DNA of 63,949 bases, filler included, from Conidiobolus incongruus B7586 (Eukaryota), in NCBI GenBank assembly GCA_000697335.1. It is 6 parts of 6 records of this genome, joined end to end, with 100 filler letters (N's around TTAATTAATTAA, not from the genome) between each part and the next. Parts side by side here need not be neighbours in the genome. Positions count along the whole stretch, not along the records: positions 25,532 to 57,388 come from JNEM01006027.1; 5 more parts are not named here. One strand, written 5' to 3'. The notes under the pieces are model-generated. The model did not search any database and had not been told where the DNA came from. It worked only from the letters and a program-made list of their open reading frames with translations. Both the position numbers and the translations under genes were made by a program. Below, piece after piece: positions 45,466 to 57,488 of this stretch (position 1 is the first letter of the stretch; every line of letters begins with the position of its first letter).

Positions 45466-45685
45466 TTGCTTTCAATCAAGTATGGGATTTTAGTTTCAAT
45501 TAGTAAAGATTATTAATTCCGCCTAATTCAATTTATGTATAAAAACTTTTCATTCCTTAAGTTATTTTAAAAAATTCTAAAAAGTGTATCGATTTAAACT
45601 TTTAGTAGCAAATCAATTTTTAATAAAAAATTGGTTAATTAATAAAAATATTTACTATAATTTCATTTATATTAACGCTCCTCGA

Positions 45686-48201
45686 ATGAAACAATCTAAT
45701 ATTACGTAAATATTAAAATGATCTAAAAATTAGAAATATTAATAATTGATTAGGAGTTTTTTCACTCGTCCCAACAGTACCAAATCACCTAAAGGTAACA
45801 ACAAACAAGAAAAAGTTCACAAATCTGGTAACAGTAGCGATGAGGAAAAACAATTGAAAAAACTTAAATTATCTTCTCCAAATAAAAAATCGCCAACGAA
45901 GGTAAAGAATGAGGACGATGTGGAAGTTGAGAGTGATAAAGAAGCGAAAAGAAATAGTAAGAAGAGAACTATCGAATCCGATGACGAAAATGACACACCC
46001 ATAAAATCCTCCGAAGTGAAAGACTCGTCAGATAGTGGTGAGGAGAAGAAAGAGGATAAAAAGATAGCTCACGAAATTGCGACTGAGGGTACCAATCAGT
46101 CACCCAAAGTTTTGACTTCTACAAAGTCCCTAAAATACTCTGATCTCTGTCAATGTTTCGAAAAAGTTGAAAAAACTACCAAACGTCTCGAAATTACTAA
46201 AATATTGACAGAATTTTTGACGCAAATTATCCAGAACTATCCGGATCAATTGGTTCAAGTGATTTATTTGTGTATTAACAGAGTAATCTACATTATATGG
46301 CTATTTGACGATGATGTATTAATATTTTAGATTGCTCCAGATTACGAAGGTCTCGAACTCAAGATTGGAGAATCGATCCTTCTCAAAGCGATCGCTCAAG
46401 CTACTGGCAACACCGATGCGATGATTAAATTACGCTACCAAAAGGTAGGAGATTTAGGACAGTTGGCTTATGATTGCAGAAAAGATCAAAAAACTTTGTT
46501 CAAGCCAAAAGAATTGACTGTGAATGAAGTATTCAAGACATATAGGGATATTGCTAGCATTACTGGGCATTCTTCTATGAAATTGAAGATTGATAAAATT
46601 GTTAAGATGTTAGTGAGTTGTAGGGATCAGGAGGCTAAATTTTTGATGAGATCTTTAAATGAATCATTGAGAATTGGTCTAGCTGAGAAGACTGTGTTGA
46701 CATCGCTGGCCCAGGCTAGTGTTTTGGCCAAATCAAGTAATTAGATAACAATCATCAATTATAAAACAAATACTTATCATCCCTTATTTTAGAAAAGAAT
46801 ACTAGCTCAGACAAACTCGAAAAGCAACTAGTAGAAGCTACCGAAATCATCAAATCCGTATACAGTGAAGTTCCCAATTACGAAATGATCATTCCCGTCA
46901 TATTAGAGCAAGGTGTTGAAAAGCTCCCAGAATTCTGTAAACTCACGCCCGGAATTCCTGTCAAGCCCATGTTGGCGCATCCCACGAAATCGATTTCGGA
47001 AGTGTTGAACAGATTCGAAAATACGCCATTCACGTGTGAATACAAGTACGATGGCGAACGTGCTCAGATCCATAGGGACCCAAGTGGTAAAATTAAGATC
47101 TACTCCAGAAATGCTGAAGATTCGACGCCCAAGTATCCCGACGTGTTAGAGCAGGTGCAGAACTTTACCAAGGGCGACACTTTTACTTTTATTTTGGATT
47201 GTGAGGCTGTGGCTTGGGATTCCGAAAAGAAAGAAATACTACCTTTTAATATTTTAACTACCAGAAAACGTAAAGATGTTCAGGTTAAAGATATAACAGT
47301 AAAAGTGTGTTTATTTGCTTTCGATTTGTTGCACTTGAATGGCAAGTGCTTGTTGAGAACACCTTTAGACGAAAGACGTAAACTCTTATTCGAACACTTC
47401 CAAGAAGTTACTGGTGTATTTACATTCGCCAAATCGATGGTGTCTGATGACGTGGAAGAAATTAATGAATTTTTAGATCAAAGTATCAGAGATAAGTGTG
47501 AGGGTTTAATGGTTAAGGTGTTAACTAATGACGAATCCACTTACGAACCTTCCAAGAGATCCAGGAATTGGTTGAAGGTGAAGAAAGATTATATGAATAC
47601 TATTGGTGATACCTTAGACTTGGTCGTTATTGGCGCCTACTACGGCAAAGGTAAGAGATCCAATACCTTTGGCAAATATCTGTTAGCTTGCTACAATCCC
47701 AAAGATGAAACATATCAGAGTATCTGTAAAATCGGTACAGGATTCACGGATGCTGATCTCTTGAATCATTACAATGAGTTACAACCTATTATCATTTCTA
47801 AACCTAGATCAGATTATGTCTACTCAACTGAAAAGTCACCAGATGTCTGGTTCGAGCCTCGATTTGTTTGGGAAGTAAAAGCTGCTGATCTGTCCATTTC
47901 TCCTATTTATAAAGCTGGTGTAGGAGAGGTAATATTTCTTAATATTTTAATGTAATTAAAAATTAATGACTTCTTAGGTTGACTCCAATAAAGGTATTTC
48001 ACTTAGATTTCCCAGATTCATTAAGAACAGAGAGAAAAAACCGGAAGACGCTTCAGAAACTCAACTGGTAATTTTATTTTTCGCTAGTCTAAATATAGTA
48101 TTAATTGTTTTAAATAGGTAGTTGATATGTATAAAAATCAGAATGTTTTACAATCTAACAATAATAATCAAACTTATGCAGATGATGATTTTGAATATTA
48201 A
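45686..48201 (+). CDS. CDC9: DNA ligase I (ATP-dependent); 5 introns
   Basis: N-terminal PIP box MKQSNIT|SFF, PMLAHPT, EYKYDGERAQIH, EGLMVK, WLKVKKDY, GISLRFPRF. Confidence 0.97.
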
Positions 48202-48608
48202 TAAACATTTTGAATCATTTTTATATTTTTAAATTAATAAATTTATTTTGTGTTTTTTTATAAGTTATACTATTTGATCAAATTCAGCAATAAAAATCAT
48301 TATCTCTCCCAAATAATATTTATTATGTTTAGTTAATATATAATCATCTTTAAAATTACTTATTACACAATCAGCTTCAATAGACTAAATTGATCAAATT
48401 AAATTATCAATAATCTGAAATTAGGGTGATATCAGTATGAAAATTGCAAAATTGTTATAATTGTTGTTATTTATGAAAGGTATATGCAGAATATAAATAT
48501 CAATAAAAATAATATACAATAAAATCAATGCTTAGTTGATTTATAATTAAAATAGCTATTCATCAATCTACAATCTAACCACTTCCTTATATATTTTCAA
48601 TCTATAAT

Positions 48609-50315
48609 TCATGTACCAAAAATATGACTCTCAGATATTTTAACTTCGGGATGTATTTTGGTCAATTTATCAACCCTGGACAATCAGATTAAAACCTTAT
48701 AAAAGCTATATTCATAAAAATTACCATTTTTGCCATTTGGGGCCATGAGTTGAATTCTTTTCATTGTCAATGAAGAAAGCTGCAACGTGACAGAGTTCGT
48801 GGGCTAGGGTTGATTTTAAGCGTTCTATAGGATATTAATTATGCGATTAATCTTAAATGATAAGGTGAGATGATAGGTATTACCTGGTGAATTTAATACC
48901 CTATTGGACAATTCTATCCATGCTAATTTTTTGTCGCAATCAGTAAATCGAGTACTAAAAGTATTTGAATAAATGTAGTGAATTAGAATATATTTAATGG
49001 AATTACACTTGAAAATAACTTTTGCCAGCAGTTTTAGGTAAAGTGTTGACCCAATTGATCTTTAAATCCTGGGGTAATAGATTATTATATACTGTGGAGT
49101 TGTATAATTTGAATAACTGTGAGGTTAATTCATGTCTAGTTGACATAAAATTTTGTTTAGACATAGAATAATCGTATTGAGCTAGAGTTGATATAGGCTT
49201 GATTGGTGGGGTATTGCCATTGGATATTGATGGAGTTGGAGTACTATACAGAATTAAATTTTTATAGAATTTTATTAAATAAATAATTATAAATAATATT
49301 GTTATGATTACCCACTATTGGAAGATACCATAATAATTTCACCAATATCGGAATCATCACTAGTTATATCAATGACAGCTTGAGGTTGAGCTGAAGGCTT
49401 TCTAACTGTAAGCGTAGGTTTTCGAATACCCATCGTTTGTACTGGTACTGGTGCTGAATTATTAGTAACCTAACAATGCAAATTATCAGTAAATATAATA
49501 TAACATTTAAATTTCAAAATAGTTACCGGTGTAGGAACTCTAGGCATATTATTAGACATTCTATAATGTTGACCCGTGCACTGATACCACCAATCCTGAA
49601 AAAATTCTTTGGTGTAGCCATCCTGTTCATTGACAACTTGGTTATTTAATAATTCTATATAAATCGATTCGAACTCAGGATCGGGTTTGGTTTGGATGTG
49701 ATAATTTTGATAATTGCTATGATTATTGTTGGTGTAGTGGTTAGGGTTTAACATCGGATAACGATTAATTCGACTAGTAGTGGAGTATGAAGAGCCAAAT
49801 GAAGGATCAAGTGTGTTGTATTCCTATATTAATATTGATTAATATTAAAGATATAGCACCTTATAAACAATCTAAAAATTACTGTAAAATTATTTGTATG
49901 ATTAGCAGAAGTTGAAGGATCCTATAAAAAGTTAACAAAAATTAGTATTTATTCAATTCAAATATTAATAAAATAGAAGTTGGTGTATAAGATAAATTTT
50001 TATGTTGTAACATAGCAATATAATACACAAAAATAAATGATCTACTGAAAAATTTAGCTACTATAGCTTAGCTTTCAATAAACTCTAAATTAACAAAATT
50101 TCAAATTATCAACTTGCCATATGCGTGTTTCTAGCGATATTCAAAGCTGGATTCGAATTGTTGTTAGGACTGTAATTCGGTAAAGGATTCACACTCATAC
50201 AACCACCATTCCATTGTCCATTACTTGGAACCTGTTGCAAATTGGTAGTTTGACAATTTGAAGTAGGTTCATCATCTGTCAAATTTATAGTGCTATTACT
50301 ATTGATAAAATTCAT
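48609..50315 (-). CDS. GCNA/ACRC-like SprT metalloprotease with disordered N-terminus; multi-exon
   Basis: Spliced C-terminus RHELTSQLFKLYNSTVYNNLLP..LKINW...LPKTAG...AWIELSNRVLNSPERLKSTLAHELCHVAA...HGPKWQKW contains HExxH. The N-terminal low-complexity region has SIM-like motifs TINLTDDE and VIDITSDDSD. Confidence 0.8.
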
Positions 50316-51194
50316 TATTATTAATTATTAAAATATTGTTTATAATTATTATTTTTTATGATTTTAAATTTTTAAGATAAGAGAATAACAATTAAAAATG
50401 AGTTTTAGACCAAAAGTCGCGAATTTATATCACCAAATGAGAAATTCGTGATTGAAATAAATGCAAATTTAATTGGATGATTATAAATCAGATTAGAATC
50501 AGGATTGAGTTGTTTGGTGACTCATAGTTCTTTAGAAGGTTATCTATTCGCATCGATTATCACTAATATAAGTATTATTATTAAATCATTTCTAACTCAT
50601 TATAATTTTACCTCAACTATTAATTTATATCATTATCTAACAATACACGTTCATCATATTCTGTTTAACTAACAGCTACCCTTTTACAATCAAATAATTG
50701 GTATAGTGATTTAATCTATAATGAGTCTATCAGATATTTAATCTAAGACGGATAATTTCAATGTTTGAAATATTTAAAATTATTATAGTAATAAAAATTT
50801 CATTAAATGTTGATTGTAGTATTTTTTTAATTTCAATAACTCCGATATTTGAAAAATATTGACGTATTACAAAATAATAACAAAAGTGAGTATAAATAAA
50901 GAAAATTATCTAATCATAGTTAAATTATTATATCAAAATAAAAAAGCATAAATAATTATATATAGTTTAAAATCATGATTTTAATAAATAGTAGGCAATC
51001 AAAAAATGTTCAAAAAAGAAAATATCTGTTAATGATGTATAAAATTTTACAGGTAAATTAGAAAATTTAATATTGGGATTATATTGGAAATGATATTGAA
51101 TGTTTTTTATAAATGTATTATTAAACTTGAAGTATTACATTTGAATGGTTAGTGATTGATAATCAAAGTGAATAAGGTCATATAAAGTAGTAAT

Positions 51195-51266
51195 AGCAGC
51201 GTAGCGCAGAGGAAGCGCGCGGGGCTCATAACCCCGAGGTCGGAGGATCGAAACCTCTCGCTGCTA
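51195..51266 (+). tRNA. Initiator tRNA-Met (CAT)
   Basis: A1:T72 acceptor AGCAGCG/CGCTGCT, anticodon stem CGGGG-CTCATAA-CCCCG, T-loop ATCGAAA typical of eukaryotic initiator tRNA. Confidence 0.96.
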
Positions 51267-51423
51267 TTCAACTATATTAAGAACTATAATTTTTATTCCG
51301 GAATTCATATCCACTTAATGAATTCAAGTAGAATATATCTCTTTCCTGAAATGAATATTTTATAAACTCATAAATTTATTTGATAACAAAATTTCAAGAT
51401 TCAATTTAACTAATTATCAAAAA

Positions 51424-52726
51424 TATATAGTAGTTCAAAAAGATAGTTCCTATACTTAAATCAAATAATATATTATGAACATAATTAAATTTCTTTAATT
51501 TTGGTATTACTTTAAATGATTGTAAGCGATCTAACAATTCATTATATTCACTATATTCACTATATATAATATAAATTTCTAAGAGTATTTTAACAAAAAA
51601 CAAAATATCTGAAAACCACAGAATTTCAAGTTATACATAGGTTAACAAAGTCTATTTATTAAATACCACATTATACAAAACATTCTATATGAATTATTGA
51701 CAAAAATCTTTTAGTAGCTATTAGCAAAAGGCTTCTCAAGTATAATATTGTAAACTAGTTTAATCAACTTAAAGTTAGAAAATTTGATATAAAAAACTTA
51801 CCTTATTTAAACTATTTTAAATCTATAATTAACCAAAGAAATACAAATAATATTAAGGAATATTTCAAATATCACTTATATACCTTAGTAGAATTACTAA
51901 CATAATCATTATATTTTAATGTTAACTTTATTATTACTTTACTAGCAAAGAATTTAAAATTAATTAAAAAATTAAAAGTGCCTTATAGTTTAATTCAAGA
52001 TTAAATAAACCAAAGAAAAAATATAGTTAATATAAATTTATGCCATTATAATGCTTAGCTTATTTTACTTAAAAAATTATTATAATTGATAAATTATAAA
52101 TTTTAGTATATGATTTATTACCAAAAAATAAAAAGTGCTTAGGTTAAAAAATCAAAACCATTATTATAAATTCCAAAACAAAAGTTATTTAAATAAAAAT
52201 TATTATTAATTATAATTATTAATAATACAACCACTTACTAATTATTACCATCAAAAATAAATTATATTAATAAAATATATTTTAGATTTTTAAAAACTAA
52301 TAAATTAATATAAGAAAAATTTAATTAAAAACAACTTATTTTACATAATAATAATTATATACATATGAAAAAAATTATCAAAAATTTGTTTATTGAAAAA
52401 ATAAACTAGTTTTTATTACCCCAACTACTATATTCACCTGATATGAATCCTTGTGGTTATGATTGGTTTGGTAAATTGAAGAATTTGATGTGAGGAAAGA
52501 GATTTGATAACATTTCAACTTTACTTTTCAAAATTAAACCTTTAATTTTGAATATAAATTATAAAAACATATGCAAAAAGGGTTAAGCAATTAACATTAA
52601 TAAAGAATTCTGTTATTGAAAAACAAGGAAGTTATCAATTATTAAAATCATATTATTTTTGCTTTAGCTTTATTTGTTAAAATATAAATTTGAAATTAGT
52701 GAACTTACTTTTTGAACAATTGTATA
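51424..52726 (+). mobile_element. Full-length but dead Tc1/mariner DNA transposon (~1.3 kb, TA target-site duplication)
   Basis: The left end TATATAGTAGTTCAAAAAGATAGTTC matches the reverse complement of the right end, TATACAATTGTTCAAAAAGTAAGTTC. Transposase relics: KVPYSL (WVPHEL), IIIIDKL*ILVYD (IVTGDEKWI.YD), ILHNNN (LHDNA), LPQLLYSPDMNPCGYDWFGKLKNLM*GKRF (PHPPYSPDLAP.DY.LF). Confidence 0.85.
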
Positions 52727-52818
52727 TTTAAAGAATATCATATGGTTTATGATAATTAATAATATTCATATCCAAAATCGAATATTACAAAATTAGAGAA
52801 ATAAATAATCTAATACCT

Positions 52819-54595
52819 TTATTTTTTATAGACTTCTTTCTTTTCTTCAATCAGTTTTAACAATTGATTAGTGGTTAACATAGCTTCATTTAATATAAAC
52901 TTTTCAAAGGGTTTATGTTGTCCAATGTAGGTAAGAGGGTCCCCAATGCCTTGATATTGCTTAGATACGTGGAAGAGTCGAACGTAGGCATTTTGATTGA
53001 GGGTTTGTGTAAATGATGCTAAACTGTTGCGACAATGCGCGGCACCGACTAAGTATACAGGTTTTCTAGGAATGTTTATTAGTCGAAATAATTAGAGATT
53101 AATGACAAATAAGGTAATGTATTACCCAGTGGCAATGGCTTCAGATACAAGGATTGGATTACCGGCGAAGACTACCAAATGAGATGATAAGGACAGAATA
53201 TGATTCAAGGTATGATTTGCAACATCATTCTTAGTGTCTTCATTAATAACTGGGTATTCGATGATATGATCTTTGTAAATTTGATTGGATTCAACTAATC
53301 TATAAAATTAAAATTAGTATAATCATAATGAAATTAAATAATTCATTTTTTACTCATTTAAGCCAGTATGAATCGATTTTTTAATCTAAATCAAAAGCTA
53401 TTTAGGAATATATTTTTGATAAAATATAAAACAATTACTTACAAATTGAGGAGTCTCTTGATTATAATAAATTACAACTCTAGCTCTAAATTTGGTAATT
53501 AAAGTCTATTAAAAATCAATCGATTAATAAAATTATCATAGAGTAAATAACCTAATATTACATTTAAATCTTTAACAAATTTATCTGCATATTCTTTCAA
53601 ATATAAAAACTCTGAATGTACACCACTGACTAAAACACCCAAAATGGGTTGATTCGAATCAATTTGATTAGCCCAGTTGGCAGGGAGTTTAGAGTGTAAT
53701 CTAGAGTTGGAAATTTGATTCATACTATTTTTGACATTATTCAACATCATCTATTTCAAATATCATAATGAATATAATTTATAAAATATTTAAAAATGTA
53801 GTTTACTTGAGTGAATATAATGTTCTTTTGCTGAGAAAGAGCAGGTCCAAGATGAGCTAAAGAACAATGCCATTAAATTTCAGTGATTATCATAACGATG
53901 TTATTACCTAATTTATGTCTCTCATGCTTAGCTAAAATAACCCAATCAAAATTTTTAAAAGGAATTTTGGGATAATTTATGTGAACTAAAATAAAATTAT
54001 CAGTATATCAGAGTGTTGGATAAATCAATAAATAAATGTACCAAATTGGGTGGATGATGGTAATTTCTTTTTAAAATCCTGAACGGTTAAAATTGTCTCT
54101 AATCCTGAGCTAATCACGAATTTGGGTGGTGTTGATGTAGTAATGGTTTTGGAAGTTTGCTCTGAAGATGGATGGCGTGTCAAGTACCAAGGTAATGTAA
54201 AATTAATTGTATCTATTATTACTCATTTAGCAATATTACTCATTACAATGTGCATTATATTGTATACCTGTTTCTTTTGGAGAATTTTTATTATTCCAAC
54301 TAACTAACCAACCTTGAACTAAATTGGGTAACCACCACATAACTACAAGATAGAATATTAAATAAGTATATACATAAAATGAAATTAATTTACATTTCTT
54401 TCTAATAATTCGATGGATTTCATAATTTAAATTTAAACTCTTTGCTAAAGCGATTGACTGTCTCTCATTTTCAATAATCCCATCGCTAATTAACCAAATA
54501 TCTTTCTTAATTATTCTATTTGCACTAAAATATCTCTTAGAATTTCGAATAATCGATGGATTTGATGAATGCTGTTTTATTAAATTAGTAATCAT
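52819..54595 (-). CDS. Mitochondrial fission ELM1-family protein (Mito_fiss_Elm1-like); multi-exon
   Basis: Presequence-like N-terminus, then IWLISDG...ENERQSIALA, PKFVISSG, VHINYPKIPFKNFDWVILAKHE and SHLVVFAGNPILVSEAIATGKPVYLVGAAHC, matching plant/bacterial ELM1 blocks (e.g. SEACSTGKPVYV). Not the yeast ELM1 kinase. Confidence 0.8.
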
Positions 54596-57248
54596 TTTTA
54601 TATTGTAAAATTTAATTCTAATATATTTTTTGAAACTGGGTGGATTAATCATTAATAACATATTTGGTTTATTTTTTTATGGGATTATTTAATATAAAGA
54701 TTCAAAAGATTAATTTTCCATATTTAGTGATTTTCTTGTGATTTTTTAGAATATTTGATACTATCGGATGTATTGATATTCATTATATTTCTTATAACGA
54801 TACTTATTCTGTTACAAAAGAATTAGAATGATTATATCTGCTGATAGATTACTGGTTAAATTCTTGAATAATCAACTATTTTGAAAAGAAAATGTAAAAA
54901 GGATATGAGTATATAATTTGGCATTTAGGTTTGTGTAATTAATATTAATAATTATATTATTTCTAATTTTTCTACATAATAACAAATTATTGTAAAGTAC
55001 ATGATCAAAGCTTGATTCGACTCTGACCTGTTTAAAATATATGATTATAGATATTGGATTAAATAGCTAACAAAATATTTAATATCATGTATTAGTCAAT
55101 ATTCTATTTTAAGCAAGATGTTTTAAATCTTAATCATATTTAGTTTTAATAACTGTTGTTTTATTATGAATATTAAATATTTTATCAAAATAATTATAAT
55201 TCTCAGTTTGCGTACTCTATTACAAAGGTTACAGATGCTTATGCACTAGTTGAAGTTTGATTAGTTTTACTAAAATGTTTTTTAATTATTTCTTACTACC
55301 AATCCATTTTTATTTTAAGTCGATTGACGCCATATCGATTTATCAAAAGTTTATACTCGGAATTAAAAACAAATAAAGACTTGAAACATTGGGCTATCCT
55401 GTCCAATAAATTTCTTATATATATGTTATACCATATTTATATTTTACCAAACATGTGAGCTTTAAAATTATGAATTAAAGCACCCAGAATTCGGAATACA
55501 AAAAATTCACTTTGTGATTTTTTTGTCAAAGAAATATGACGAGTATACTAATATTAACTTATGCTTTCAATCATTCTAGGTAAGCTCTAAGCCTTTTTAG
55601 CGCGAAAAATTATTATATCTTAGTTAAAAAAATAAAAATAAAATTTCATATTTTCAAAATTTTCAAAGCACTCCTAACTTTGACATTTTGAGAAGAATTT
55701 TTCAAAGATATTAAATTTTTTATATATGCTCAATTCTAAAAACTAGGGTTAAATTTTCATTCTTGAAACGTAGTTTACTCTTCAAACCTGAAGGAATTAG
55801 GTCGATTTATATGGAAAAATTACCAGAATTCATCCAAACACAGAGTCACGACTTTAGAATGATCACAAGCAAAATACTGAAATAATATCAATCAAACCAA
55901 TATAGATCTAAAGGTAAAGGGCTATAGAATATACAATTTAAATCTCAAATCTATTGAACAAATTATCAAAAAGCTACAGTCGCTCAAAGTTGAGGGAAAT
56001 TGATATTGACATATATCAATGATGATATGTAGTAAAGGGATAGGTTTTTGATTTATTGATATTCTTTTGAATTCAGTAATATCAAAACACTATGAATCAG
56101 ATCTGTATTACGTGAATATAAATCCATTTTAATAACATTAAACTTAGAAATCTAAACTTATTGTAAAATATAAATCTTCTTAATAAATTTTTATTAATTT
56201 ATTAATATAATTTAAAATTAAATAATTCAATTCTAAAGGCTTAGAATCATTACTTTAATCAAAAATTAAAAATTACTGTTATAAAATTATCAATTCATCT
56301 AACATTTAATAGTTTTTGGTTTCAAAAATCAATATTTATTTAAATAAAACTAACATTTGAAAGTTTTGTCATTATATATGTTTAAATGATCATACATTTA
56401 ACAAAGTTAATAAATAATTTTTAACAATATATTTTAGCAAATGAAATTTGTTATTTATATTTGATGATCATAGCTTAACCAAGGCGTATATTTAATCAGA
56501 ATATATTTAATTTCCGCTTTTTAGAGTTAAAAAAAGTATTATATCTTAGTTTATTTATGATTTGGTTCATAATATTTGGGTATTTGGAAAATTGAAAATG
56601 AGAAATATAGTTAAAAGTAAAATTTACTTTAGAATTGTGGAAATATTTAGAGCTAGGTTAACTTTATGATTTCAATATAAATTCATAATAATGAATGAAC
56701 TTAATATAAACATTACACTGACAAATTCATATGATTTAAAATATAATATTTGATAGCTTGAAATGTTTGACTTTATTCGATCGTTAACAGTGGAAAAATT
56801 GCGGATGATTTAAGTGATTTGAATATGCACCTTGTTTAATGTAATTGACTTTTCAATAAAAGATTGGGACTGTAAGTGATCTGTTAATTATTATTGGATA
56901 ACTTATTATTTTAATTGGCATGCAGGGAAATCATATAAAGGTAAATATCAAGCATTTGATAGATTATCTGAATGACATTTTCAAACTTTAAAGTCTAGAA
57001 TATCATTGTTAACATTTTAGAAGAGATGGAAGCAAAGCCAAATCTAAAACTATTAAATAATAAATTAATGTAGAATGAAGTTATAAATTATAAACAACAA
57101 TACTCACAATAAATTTATTTCAAGTAGGAAACAATTTGGAAAATGAATTCAATAGAAGATGAGAAATGATAGAAAATATATTGGTCTTTTATATTAATAT
57201 TTCTAATGTTGATTCATGAATTTAAATGACTCAAAATTAGAAATTTAC

Positions 57249-57386
57249 TTATTCTTCTTGCATGGCATCATCATCATGATGAACTTCATCACCGTAGTCA
57301 GCGTATTCACCATCATCAGCAGTGGCCTCTTGGTATTGTTGGTATTCAGAGACGAGATCGTTCATGTTAGATTCAGCTTCTGTGAA
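57249..57386 (-). CDS. TUB2: Beta-tubulin, 3' fragment
   Basis: [45 protein letters not shown]. Truncated by the linker. Confidence 0.96.
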   Translation of the reverse strand, partial: FTEAESNMNDLVSEYQQYQEATADDGEYADYGDEVHHDDDAMQEE

Positions 57387-57388
57387 TA

Positions 57389-57488
57389 NNNNNNNNNNNN
57401 NNNNNNNNNNNNNNNNNNNNNNNNNNNNNNNNTTAATTAATTAANNNNNNNNNNNNNNNNNNNNNNNNNNNNNNNNNNNNNNNNNNNN
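57389..57488. other. Artificial contig linker
   Basis: N44-TTAATTAATTAA-N44. Confidence 0.99.

Noticed and set aside
55590..56110. Possible gene remnant and a GCGCGAAAA E2F-like site
   Set aside because: Only short stop-interrupted frames with no recognisable motif, and no gene to assign the site to.
57216..57440. Plus-strand hydrophobic 74-aa ORF
   Set aside because: It is the antisense of the beta-tubulin C-terminus.
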